Part shown: positions 29,047 to 40,902 of the stretch, in pieces
Numbering within the stretch: the stretch's first letter is position 1
How the letters are laid out: each line of letters opens with the position of its first letter
Source of the DNA: Eledone cirrhosa
Lineage: Eukaryota
Assembly: GCA_964016885.1 (NCBI GenBank)
Contig: OZ024740.1
Coordinates: 121,086,001 to 121,150,000, forward strand
Reading direction: 5' to 3'
Length of the DNA: 64,000 nt
Program-made: the position numbers and the translations under genes
Notes under the pieces: model-generated
Seen by the model: the letters and a program-made list of their open reading frames with translations, nothing else
Told to the model about the DNA's origin: nothing
The model's database searches: none

Positions 29047-29949
29047 ATAAAACATAGTGAAATATTTGGAAAATCTCCTCAAGAAATGCAACTTTATTTT
29101 TAATTTTATTTTTATTTTTACTTCACATCCACCAGTAACCCCCCCCCCCCCCCCCTACTCTTCGATTCACTTACCTAATATCTTCACATTCCACATTTTA
29201 CTTCCCCATTTTCTTTCACTACCTGATTTCCCTAATTCACTTGCGTTTTCCACTCCATATATTCTGTTGTTTCGCAGCCGATTTTATATTTGTACTCATT
29301 TATTCATAAGGCTGCTTTATACTCTGTATCTATGTGTCTGAGTGTGCTTATGCGCGTATACGTTCTGTATATGTATACGAACGCCTCCGTATGTGCGCGT
29401 GCGTACGTGTATATATATGTGTGTGTATGTGTGTTTTTATATCTATGTTTTTACATCTATGTTTTTTACATTCTTATTTTCACGTGTGTGTGTAAGCGGG
29501 TGAATGTACGCGAATGTGTATGTATGTGTGTATATATGTATATGTATGTATGGGTGTGTATGTGTATGTGTATATATATATATATAGTCACGTACGTACG
29601 TGTGATTAGATATACATTGGGTGATATATATATATATACGTGCCTCTTGTGTATGTATGTACGCATGCATGCGCTTTTGTCTGTACGTATTTGTGTGTAT
29701 AAATATTTTTTTATAGATATATGTTTTTTATTGATATCTGTGTATGTACGTGCGTACCTATGTTTGTTTTCTTTTCTCTAGTGTTAATTGATTACTTTCT
29801 CTTTCATTTAAAAATGTTTTTCATTCTCATATACTGTTCAATTTGTATACATATATCGAGAATGACATTTCTTTTTACTATTACACTCCCTTCCCTCTTT
29901 ATTTTCCACATATAATGCGTGTGTGAGTGTGTATATATATATATTCACA

Positions 29950-30071
<122 letters not shown>

Positions 30072-30111
30072 TATGTGTGTGTGTTTCAAATAAAGGAAAT
30101 TTAGGTATTGG

Positions 30112-30234
30112 CTATGTACGTATGCGAATGAGGGGTAGAGTGAACGTTGACATTGCCTTCTTAATGAGGAGTGACCTTTGATCAGAATCACATAAAGATG
30201 CATAACGCTGACAGCTGAATTGACCACCTATTCT
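30112..30234 (-). CDS. Candidate host coding exon ([18 protein letters not shown]...LIRIRT*)
   Basis: TCTTGTTTTCAG acceptor, open phase-0 frame, non-repetitive sequence. Confidence 0.3.
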   Translation of the reverse strand, partial: RIGGQFSCQRYASLCDSDQRSLLIKKAMSTFTLPLIRIRT

Positions 30235-30435
30235 CTGAAAACAAGACCGACAATAGGGCATAGTATAACAGACACAAAGTATTTGATGTAATGTCCGTCA
30301 TATGGCTACTGTATGCTGGAATCTGACTTCAACATAGCTTTACAATGAGTATTATTACTCGTAAGACTTTGATCCGTCCCATTACATGTATGAATGTGAT
30401 GTATGTATGTATATATATATGTATGTATATATGTA

Positions 30436-30506
<71 letters not shown>

Positions 30507-30522
30507 ATATATATATAAGTGC

Positions 30523-30553
<31 letters not shown>

Positions 30554-31985
30554 TGTGTGTATACTTGGGTGTGTGCGCCCCTGTGTGAGCGTGTGTGTGG
30601 AGTGAGAGAAAGAGAGACGGGATAGAAATATAGAACAGAATCTAAACAGGCACACAAAGTGGAAAATATATATGTCCGTATGAAATATGAATACCTATAT
30701 TGACTATATTACTAATAAAGAGTTGTTATCAGAGGTAAATAAATATATATGTATAAATGTATTAAAAATATTAAACATTCACTACTTCTGTATTTGATTA
30801 AACGATTCAATCTATTGGTCTCGCTCGAACACTACAAGTTTAATATGAAATAAAGCTGTGATATGAGAAGGGGCCAAAGAGAGAAGAAATTTATATTTAT
30901 ATATATATTTATTTCATTTGACAAAGTTAATGAAGAAAATATGAAGACGAAACATTAAACTTTGTACAAACGACATAAATAGATGACATTTACTCATTTG
31001 TGTGTATGCATATATGTGTTTATAAGTAAATGTATATATACATATTTATGTGTTTGACTTTAGCGTTCGTTGTTTGCCTCACGATCTCTTTCACACTTTA
31101 CCTGCCATTTGGCGTGATATGTACACTCTACCGTCACACTGTTCTTTAATACTCTCTGTCTTGATCGTACTGTCTCTCGCTTCCCCCTCTCTATAATTGA
31201 TATCAAACCTGTCATCTGACGGCACACCACCCTCCCAAACCAACAAATAATCGACCAACGAATACATTAGGTATTTTATATAAAATACGTGACTAATTAT
31301 CAAGGACATCCAGTTATATTTGCAACAATTTGTACATTTTGTGGGGATGAACCAAACATCAGTATATCAAATCAGATATTTGTCTTTGTATCATTGAGAA
31401 CATCAACACAAAGAACAGACACTGAATTAGCTTACAGGATACTATTTGTTATCAGAATCATTATATCACAAAAGTGCGGCAAATTAGCATAATCGTTAGG
31501 ACGTAAGGATATCATGTTTCACGTCATTCGTTCCAGCATTATGAATTCCAATTCAGCATTTCTTCCTTTTGAGATCGATAAACAAAATCCTCTCTATGAC
31601 TTCCTCATTCCCCACTCTCTGTTCCATACCCACGATCACTATTAAAGAAATTGCATGTGTTCAGACATGAAGAGAGATGGGTTCCACCATGTTTAAATGC
31701 CCAAAACATGCTGTATATTTCTACGACACCGTTATGATTACGGTGGGAGATAATGGCCCATTAGGAGTGAAATAATATATACGTTTCCTCAATGGATTAT
31801 GTCGGTATACACCCGATGTATTAGTGAGATGAGTTTAATTCTAACACATTGTATTACAGACTTCACACTATGGAACTTTGGAACATGATCTCTGTCACGC
31901 TCTGCTTTATGTTACCACAAAAATCGGACGTCTGTCCTTTTTGCACTACTGAGGTGTCAATAATCAGGTTAATTAATAGCTTCAA

Positions 31986-32420
31986 TTATGCAACTGGCCA
32001 AGCACGGTGAGTACGGCTACACCTTTTGGAAGGTTTAACCTCTATGGCAATAACGCATGCGATCATCGTAAATGTCGTATTCTCTTGCCTTAGTTTATCA
32101 CGGGATGGTATGGGTGCTATGTGTGTAGGACAAGCACGTAACATTGCCATCTTTATGCGCAGATATTTCATCACGTCTCACAGCAGTGGTGGAGTGACAC
32201 GAACGGCTAGACGCACATGTTCACAAATCTACACTTGGGTGGTTCGAGTTTTATCTTAACGTCGCTGCACTGTTAACATTAACAGCAACATGCTTGGCCG
32301 CAGGTTTGAGCGCCTGATCAGCTCTTTTTGGTGAGGCCTCTTCTCTAATATATCAAATGGGAAGAGTCTGGAAATGTTGACCTAAAAAAACCATGTTCCG
32401 TCATCAAACAGGCCAGCAGA
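31986..32420 (-). mobile_element. Possible decayed Tc1/mariner transposase N-terminal remnant
   Basis: Weak resemblance to the Tc1 R(S)GRPRVT motif across frameshifts; no TIR confirmed. Confidence 0.25.
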
Positions 32421-32754
32421 TTGCAGTTGGTGGTAGTTCATAATAGCAGGGAATTTGTTGAAGAGTTGGCTCTGTATATATGTATGTTCTCTCTGGTTTC
32501 ATATTTTTATAAAGTGTTACCAATAGAGAATCAGTTTCTAACATAGACACAAGACTGTCTCATTGGGATTTAGAAAAAATCAACTAGGTAGATAGTTATG
32601 CATGTCTGTATGTGTGCATACGTGAGTAAGTATGGATGTTATTGTATGAGTGGATGTGGATATTTTGAGTCACATATCTGCATGTGCATGTTTTGTATCT
32701 GTAAATGTGTTCATGCAGTTATTAGATACAGAAACTTTGGAATGTTTAACATAC

Positions 32755-32875
32755 TTTTACTGTTCCAATGAAGAATCTTGCTGATTGTACTTGTAATTTC
32801 CTAAAAGCCCAGCTTTTTAAGATTCGTGCTGAGGTAGTAACATATCCCAGTGACCCAATATTCACAGGTACAAAT
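32755..32875 (-). CDS. Candidate host coding exon (FVPVNIGSLGYVTTSARILKSWAFRKLQVQSARFFIGTVK)
   Basis: CCTTCAG acceptor, GTATGT donor, 121 nt open in phase 2 to 0. Confidence 0.35.
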
Positions 32876-33566
32876 CTGAAGGTATAGTCTATTACGCATG
32901 TATGTATGTATGTATGTATGTATGTATGTATGTATGTATGTATGTATGTATGTATGTATGTATGTATGTATGTATGTATGTATGTGACCTTCCCTTTACC
33001 AGGGGAGTATACATATCAAATCATCACAAATGAATTAATAAATGTTGACTTCATTTCAAATGAATATCGTTATGTTGAAGAACTTCTAAAAACTGTAATC
33101 TACTGATTAAATAAATAATGCCTACAGGTCAAGTATCAATAGACGGAACTAAAATATCTAGTCGTAAGCGTCGATATATTAAATGTTTTTGACTAGTGTT
33201 TATGACACCTAAAGAGGTGGCAAATCATTTTAATAATATATTGCTTAATTGTAAATAGACTATATATTAAGTGCCCGTGATTCCTTTTTAGAGATAATTA
33301 GTACTTCATTTTTTTTTCAATACAACAACATAGGCCATTACTAATAGAAAACTGACACCCATATTATTTTATTCATTTCATTTATCTGAAACAAAATATA
33401 TATAAGGCTAATAAGGCTAATGGGTTTAGGTTTAGAAAAAACGAACTGTTTATTTAACAAAAGGTGGGTGACATCATACAGCAGTAATTATTGGTCGTGC
33501 CAGCTGTATTTGATATCTGTCAGCGTGATGTGATAGGACTCACACAAATTCACATACTACTACTAT

Positions 33567-33597
<31 letters not shown>

Positions 33598-33667
33598 GCT
33601 GCTGTTGCTGTTGCTGCTGCTGCTGCTGCTGCTAATAATAATAATAATAGTAATCATAATAATAATA

Positions 33668-33780
33668 ATTGTTTGTACTTTTGGCACAAGGCCAGCAATT
33701 ACGCAGTACATTACTGGTACTTTAATTTATCGACCCCGTAAGGATGAAAGGTAAAGTTAACCTTGGCGGGATTTGAACTC
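33668..33780 (-). mobile_element. Truncated SINE copy in a (TAA)n tract
   Basis: Same SINE family, reverse strand. Confidence 0.8.
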
Positions 33781-33796
33781 ATAATAATAATAATGA

Positions 33797-34392
33797 TTTC
33801 ATTTATTAGCCACAAGGGCCGACATGTAGGGGACAATACAAAGACAGGGACCGTGGAGGTTTACAATAAGGTCGAGTAAAAGTGCACAATGGCAAGACCA
33901 ATTCAACAATGAAGATATAAAAAATATTAAATAAACTATGCATAAATATAACAAAATAAATTCCCCTATATGGGGTGGAAGAACCAGGGTGACTCAGGTA
34001 CCCCACCAATCCTGAACCACCCTGCGCTTCTTGGGCACCCAGGGAGAGCACCCCTCTCCTCAAGTTAGCTAGCCTATAGGCGCATGGTCAGAGTAGGCCC
34101 ATTCACACGGGCCATTCTCGCCACATTCATCCACCTTTTAGCAAATGTAATGGGAGGCAGCACTTCTCTCTCCACGCTCACCTTCCTTTCCAGGTGAAAC
34201 TTGAAGAAGTTGATGAGGGATTGGCCGAAGAGAAAAGTGTCTGCCTTCAGTCTTTTCAATCTGGTCCACAATATAACCTCTTTCGCAACAGCCACCAGAC
34301 AGAGGAAAATGTCCTGCTCTTCCTGACCAAAGAAAGGTGGCGGGTCGATCTTCACTATGGACTCGGCCGATAGCCGGATCCGTTCCACATGT
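33797..34392 (-). mobile_element. 3' end of a Tx1/L1-type LINE
   Basis: ORF 34074-34388 is homologous to 36488-36964 (AKEV..WTRLK...ARMARVNGP); similar 3' UTR ending in AATAAA. Confidence 0.8.
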
Positions 34393-35410
34393 GACAGTAG
34401 CAGTTAAAAATAATACTACCATTGCTGCTGCTATGAACTAGCTGACTTTATATCCTTATATCTGAAATGGTGTACTGAGACTGATATAAAATAATGTAAT
34501 CATATAAGTTTGCGCTGCATAGAGATCAAATGGAACCACCGGAACTGCTTTCACTTTGAATTCAGTTTGCACAAGAAAATGTTGTGAAAATTCGATTGTT
34601 TAGTTACAGTAATATTGAAAGAATGATTAAAGATGATAGATAAATTGATTAAGAGAAGAGAAATGCTATTATATTTCTTTTTCTTCTTAATAGTGTGGTT
34701 GGAAAACCACAAGAATATGGTTCTTTCGGATGTTAAATGTTTTGAAGAATTTTGAAACTATGTTTGCTGGCAACGTGTCAAGAATATTTTGATTGATGAT
34801 AAACTAGTTTTCACGCGGAGAAATCCAATTCATTTTGCACGGCCGTTCGTTAAGATCACTTGTGTAAAGGTAGTAGTCTTAAGTTGGGTTCGACATCCTT
34901 TTCCATGCGAGATAAATGTGTTATCCCCCATTACTCAACTGATTGAATTAAGTGTATATCTCAGACATTCTCTCATCTATGATGTCTTAGCATGCGGCAG
35001 CCATCTTGTTTTCGCCTATTTTCACTTTCGCTAGTCTGTCTATTTGATAAGGCGATTATACGATATCTGACGTAAATGTTAAAATGTTTTCCATCAAACA
35101 CATCAAGATTCCCTTTCACTTTGATTTATCAGAAATTAGAAAAGGTATTGCATTCTCCACAATTCTGATTCCTCTCTTGCATATGTGACGTGTAAGTCAA
35201 GTATATTTTATTAGAAAGGAAGATATTTCCCAGTTAATTTATACATATAAAGATATAATTTATCTATCTATATAAATATCTATCTATTATCTATTTCTCT
35301 GCCTGTCTATCTGTGTCGCTTTTTGTCCTCCGTCTGTCCGCCCTTCTCTCTATTTGTCTACATATTTATCTCTCTACCTCCCTATCTATCCTTCTATCTA
35401 TCTATCTATG

Positions 35411-35490
<80 letters not shown>

Positions 35491-35584
35491 ATAATATTTA
35501 TTATCTATCAATCTATTTACCTGCCAATCTGTCTGTCTGATTATTTCTGTCGTTCTGCCTGTTTATCTATCTATTTAGTTATCC

Positions 35585-37227
35585 GGCTTTGGTGGGGCCC
35601 TGATCAACTTGGATCAATCTAAGGCATTCGATAGGGTCGACCATGGTTACCTGGATGCGGTGCTAGCGGCGGCAGGCTTCGGACCCGTTTCCAGGGGCTG
35701 GATCAATGCCATGCACAGTAGCCGGCATGTGCTCTAGGGTCAAGGTGAACGGCTACCTCTCGGAGCCGTTTGAAATCGCGCGGTCCATCCGACAGGGGTG
35801 CCCTCTCTCCTCCCTTCTGTATGTAATGACTCTAGAGCCACTGCTGCGGAAGTTGGAATTGTTGCAGGGCATCCCGTTGGAACCGGGATTGCGGAAAGCG
35901 GTGTCGGCCTACGCCGACGACGTAACAGTAATGGTGTCTACGGCCTCGGAAATCGGGGCGATCGGCACCTTACTGGAGGAGTACGAAAGGTTTACAGGGG
36001 CTAAGCTGAACCGGGACAAGTCGATCGGTCTACAACTCGGCACGTGGAGGGGCAGATCGATGCCCTCCGATGGCGTCGTCTGGCGCTGGACGGAGGGCCC
36101 GGTGAAGTTGCTCGGGGTCTGGTTCGGACCAGACCTCCAGGTGGAGAAGAACTGGGGTGAGGTAACGAACAGGGTGTTTGCACTGACCCAGAAGTGGGCC
36201 GAGTGCAAACTGTCCCTGAAAGGTCGGGCGAAGGTGGCGAACACTTATATAGCGTCCGTCATCTACTATCGCCTGACCCTTGTGCCTTCCCCAAGGGAAA
36301 CGCTCGCCAAAATGGAGCGCACACTCATCCAATTCCTTTGGAAGAAGCGGGCTCCTATGGTGAGGAGATCCATCTGCTGTCAACACCCTTCGAAAGGAGG
36401 GCTGGGGTTGCCCTGGCTAATGATACGTAAACACGCATTAAGGCTACGGCACCTCCAGGTATTCCTCTCCGGTCAACCGGTTATCAGGTGCGACGACGCC
36501 CTCGGCCAACCTGTTCGGTAGGACATTCAGCCCGGGACCCATGGATAACTTCCAGAGGTCCCTGGCCTGGCAGTGCTACAGAAGGGCTCTGCCCGTTCGA
36601 GAAAGGCTCTACAGACACGGGCACCCGGGTCGAACAACTGCTGTCAAGTGTGGGACCGATCTGGTTGACCACCGAGTCTATTGTAACGATCAAGCCGCCT
36701 CCCCTCTTCAAAAACGAAGGAGAGGCGGTGTTTCTGTGCGTAATAGCCATGGCGAAAGAGGTTGTATGGTGGACGCGTCTGAAAGGACTGAGGTCAGACA
36801 CCTTTCTCTCTGGCCAACAACTGGTCCGTTTCTTCCGATATCATTTCGGTAGAAGGATCAGGATGGTGAGAGAGGTGCTGCACTCCAGCCGTTTTTACGA
36901 AAGATGGGTGAAAGTGGCGAGAATGGCTCGTGTGAATGGGCCTTCACTCTACATCAGACTATAGGTGAGGAAGATGAAAGACCAAGGGAGCACCCCTTCT
37001 CTGTGCTCCTGAGGAAAAGGGTTGCCATCTTTTTTTCGGGGGTGTGTGCGACCCCCCAAGGCGCCTCCTCTCTATTGAGGATTTTGTTATAAATTTTATT
37101 CTGTTATATTTTATTTTATTTTTATATTTTGTTATTGCCTCCTCCTTATTGAGGGCGCCTTGTTTTGTAAACTCCCCCCATTGTACTTGTCCCACTTTTG
37201 ATGCCCTGGTGGCAAATAAAAGAAACA
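35585..37227 (+). mobile_element. 5'-truncated, internally deleted Tx1/L1-type LINE with 17-bp TSD
   Basis: LDQSKAFDRV, RQGCPLS, AYADDV, LSLKGR, GGLGLP motifs; AATAAA at 3' end; TATCTATTTAGTTATCC at 35568-35584 and 37228-37244. Confidence 0.92.
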
Positions 37228-37262
37228 TATCTATTTAGTTATCCCTCTCCCACCGCTCTCTG

Positions 37263-37296
<34 letters not shown>

Positions 37297-37895
37297 GCAT
37301 GAGAAAATGCGAAGTAGTTTTCAGATGTTAAAGTCCTTTATTGGTAATATTGGGATACATATTTCAATGACGACAATGGCCGAACGATTCCCTGTACCCA
37401 GTGCCGTGACATCATCAGACAGCTTCTTATATAATAAGGTTACGTTCAAAAGGTAATCCAAACAGAAACTAGAAGGGAACGGACAAGGCGTGTGTTCTTG
37501 AATCGCCTGTCCGTTCCGCTGTTGTCAACAATTCACCTCCACAATTCTGCGCAGACGCAAACATAAGCTGACTATCCACTACACCAAACTCACCAAAATC
37601 TAGCCTAGACATCTCCCCCGCCCACAACCAAATGACCACACCGTTGAGGTTTGTAATATGACTCTGGTAAATTATACTGCGAGTGACAGCTAGCTGAAAT
37701 CTAGTGGTGGTGGCAGACTATGAGGTTCTAGAGGCCATAATACTACCCCTATTCTACGCCTGGACAATGGGTTTGACCATCCCCGCTATGATAATATAAA
37801 CTTATTTCTAGATATTATGCTTTCACAGTGGAAATTAAAAATTACACGTTGAAAAAATGCGTCGAGTGCTCATGAGATTTGCATCAATATTTGCC

Positions 37896-37962
<67 letters not shown>

Positions 37963-38207
37963 TTGCGAGGTTTTTTATATGAAATCGTGTGTCGAAACAG
38001 ATATTGTTATATTTGGGGAGGGTCATATTTGCGTAATATTGCCAGAATTAATAACAGAACACACTCACTGTTTGGTTGGTTTTCGCTTCTCGCTGTCTTT
38101 TATATATATATATCTGCGATCTAACTTACTCGGTCCTCAATGTTGCCATTGACTGACCGGTGGTCAAAAATAATACAGATACAATATAGACAAACACATA
38201 TATATAT

Positions 38208-38256
38208 AGTTTACATAAATCTTTCGTTGCACATCTGCAACATCGTCAGTGGTGTT
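38208..38256 (-). ncRNA. Minimal hammerhead motif in left-arm pseudo-LTR
   Basis: Mirror of 43532-43580. Confidence 0.65.
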
Positions 38257-38524
38257 ATATTCATTGTTCCTCCTGTTGTGTTGTATGTCTACGCCATTTT
38301 TTTGTTCAGTCTGTCTATATATTTATTTATTTATTTATTTGCTTGTTTGTTTATCTTATTTTATTTTGTCTTCTTTGCGCATGCGTTTGCGTGTGTGTAT
38401 AGTGTTATGTGTGATGTGTGACTAGTGTGTATAGTGTTGTGTCTGCTGGGTGACTAGTGTGTGTTTATGTGCTTGTGTATGTATTTATTTATCTTATTTT
38501 ATTTAATTTAATTTACTTATTTAT

Positions 38525-40897
38525 TTATACTTCTCTTAGGTCAGTGTTGTTTGTTTGGGTGTTGTTGTTGTTCCACTCATTCTTTCTGTTTAGCTTTGGT
38601 CTTCTAATTTCTATTTCACTGGCCTCTCTGATTTGCCTATCTGCTGGGTCATTCCTATGTTTAGATATTATTCTAATTTCTATGTTGTCTATGTTACCGT
38701 CATGATGTTGTCTAGCATGTTCGTATAGTACTGACCCGTTTTTTCGTCCTTTTAGTTCCCCCCAGTGTTGGTCTATCCTTTCACCTATGCTACGAGCTGT
38801 CTCACCTATGTATGTTGTTGTCGTGTTTCTGCAAGTACCCTCTGTACATCTTATGCTATAGACTACGTTTCTAGTTTTACAGTTTATCCGGGGGTTCACC
38901 TTACATATGATACATTTCCTATTGGTACAGTGGGTTTTCTTAAAAGGGTAGGTTTTGCTGATCAGGGATTTTATGGTGGTTCCTGGCTTTTCTACCACCT
39001 TTATTTTTAAGTGGGTCTTTCTCAGGGCCTTTCTACACTGGTTAGCTAATTTCCCTCCAGGGGTGGCGTCCACAAACATGACACTCTGATATCTCTGGTT
39101 GTCGTACCATGATGTGGCCTTCCCTATCTTATGTCTAGCCCTATCTAAGCTATTCCATGATTTGCTCCTGTATAGTGGGCAAATTCCTTTCATGTCCAGT
39201 TCTATGAGGGTCTTATACTTTTCCATGGCTCCTTCGTATACTCTGACTCTGTCTCTTTGGTTGTAGCCAGAGAACTGCATGCGGTTGATGAAGTGTTGGA
39301 TGTGTCCTTCCATTTCTGTTGGGTCGCACATGCTGGACACATTCTTCATCACTCGTACCAAATCTGCGATCAGAATATTAAACTTAGCACTACTGGACAT
39401 TGCTGAGTTTTTGAGTATCAGGTATTTGGAGGCCATGGGTTTAGCATAGTGTGAGTGGAGAATTTGGGCTCTCTCGTCTATAGTGTTAATCCAGAGTTCT
39501 GTGTCTAATACAGGTAGTCTATTGTTAGGGTGTTTGGAAGGGAAGTCTATAGTTACAGTTATACTCTGGTGTATGGAATTAGCTATCTGCTGGATGCTTT
39601 CCATCGTGCTACGTTCTAAATCAAACTTGTTAGTGCTCTCTAGTGGGGGTGTTCTTATAACTATATTGATATCGTCTACATAACGAGAGTACATGATGAG
39701 GTCTATGGAGCTTTCATTAAGGAGATCTTTAAGTCTCCTTTCCCACCATACCATGAAAAGGTTGGCAACATCGCCAGCTATGCTGACGCCGATGGCTGCT
39801 CCCTCATTTTGGGTGTAGATTTTCTCATTGAACTTAAATATGTGGCCCTTTAGGGTAGTTTTGATACTAGCCCCTATTGCATGTGCGACCATTTTTCTTA
39901 CCTGATCAGTGTTTTGGGGGGTCCGTATAGCTTTGGTCCACCCAATCCACCTTCCTATGGGAGTCTTTTTAGCCATTGAGGTTATGGTGGGGGGTCTACC
40001 TCTTATAGGTCTACTAGGGCAGAAACATCTAAGGTCATGGCTGTCTAGGTAGTCAGTGTCGTAGGTAAGTCTAAGTAGGAGGCCCAGTTCGTCTGTGTCG
40101 ACGTCGCAGAACTCCACCTCACTCTCAATGATCATCTCCACACATCTTTTCACAGCAAAATCAATGTTAATGGATGGGTACAGTGACACCACATCCATGC
40201 TGCCTATTATGCAGTTGGATAGGCTCCTGTTTTTGTTGCACTCACTGATTCTGCTGAGGAGGTCCTCTGTACTTTCACATACATCTGGGGACATCTTGAT
40301 TATGGGGCGTATAACCATTGAGAGGAAGTAGGAGATCCTGTAGTTGCTAGCTATATTAGCTCCGCATACAGGTCTTGTTGGTGGTCCTATTGTCGGGTCG
40401 TCGACTGTCTTGTGGTCTTTGCGGAGCCCATACAAGGGTGGTATGCCATTGTTAGACGCCTGGAAGTTGTTGGCAGTGCGTCTGCTTGGCTTTAGGATGT
40501 CAGTCCACATCATCATGTGAGCGTTGAGGATTTTTTCTCTCCCATCGTGTGTTAGTTGTGCAACTTCGCTCGTGTTGGTGATGTGGGGTTGCATTGCCTC
40601 GATGTAGTTCGGCATGCTATCTATTGACATCCTACCAGACTTATCTGTGGGTAGACACACTACCTCACCATCCCTTGTGCGCTGCTTGAGGCTAACCAAG
40701 CCTTCTACAGGTTTTATCCCAAGTTGTTGGGCCTCTGGTCTGCTCTGTCTCATAGTGTACCTGTCTACTACTTGTCTAATCTTATTTCTAGCTATGGTGA
40801 ACTGTGCCTCCGTCTCGTCATCTATTTGTTGTGGTATGCAAACTCTTTTATTAAAGGGTAACCTCGTAGGATAGATATTACCCATCTGACAAAACAT
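38525..40897 (-). CDS. PLE reverse transcriptase / GIY-YIG endonuclease, uninterrupted but N-terminally truncated (790 aa)
   Basis: DKSG, KDHK, DVVSLYPSI, GAAIG, YSRYVDD, LPVLD, CTNRKCIIC linker, VVY..C...C...YIGET...R...H...H. Confidence 0.93.
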   Translation of the reverse strand: MFCQMGNIYPTRLPFNKRVCIPQQIDDETEAQFTIARNKIRQVVDRYTMRQSRPEAQQLGIKPVEGLVSLKQRTRDGEVVCLPTDKSGRMSIDSMPNYIEAMQPHITNTSEVAQLTHDGREKILNAHMMMWTDILKPSRRTANNFQASNNGIPPLYGLRKDHKTVDDPTIGPPTRPVCGANIASNYRISYFLSMVIRPIIKMSPDVCESTEDLLSRISECNKNRSLSNCIIGSMDVVSLYPSINIDFAVKRCVEMIIESEVEFCDVDTDELGLLLRLTYDTDYLDSHDLRCFCPSRPIRGRPPTITSMAKKTPIGRWIGWTKAIRTPQNTDQVRKMVAHAIGASIKTTLKGHIFKFNEKIYTQNEGAAIGVSIAGDVANLFMVWWERRLKDLLNESSIDLIMYSRYVDDINIVIRTPPLESTNKFDLERSTMESIQQIANSIHQSITVTIDFPSKHPNNRLPVLDTELWINTIDERAQILHSHYAKPMASKYLILKNSAMSSSAKFNILIADLVRVMKNVSSMCDPTEMEGHIQHFINRMQFSGYNQRDRVRVYEGAMEKYKTLIELDMKGICPLYRSKSWNSLDRARHKIGKATSWYDNQRYQSVMFVDATPGGKLANQCRKALRKTHLKIKVVEKPGTTIKSLISKTYPFKKTHCTNRKCIICKVNPRINCKTRNVVYSIRCTEGTCRNTTTTYIGETARSIGERIDQHWGELKGRKNGSVLYEHARQHHDGNIDNIEIRIISKHRNDPADRQIREASEIEIRRPKLNRKNEWNNNNTQTNNTDLREV

Positions 40898-40902
40898 ATA
40901 AG

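Larger units (their letters stand above)
25139..29912 (-). mobile_element. Near full-length PLE (possibly Hydra-type) with direct pseudo-LTRs (25139-25367 / 28864-29091) and an inverted pseudo-LTR segment (29091-29912, mirror of about 25695-26563)
   Basis: Direct and inverted repeats visible; RT and endonuclease coding remnants lie between them; left end in (TA)n. Confidence 0.88.

Noticed and set aside
33491-33754. Poly-Leu/Ile ORF (and poly-Ser ORF 58771-59121)
   Set aside because: Trinucleotide microsatellites
37350-37425. Minus-strand CTGATGA...GAAATATGTA motif
   Set aside because: Stem II plausible but no stem I pairing; at most a decayed ribozyme, not counted
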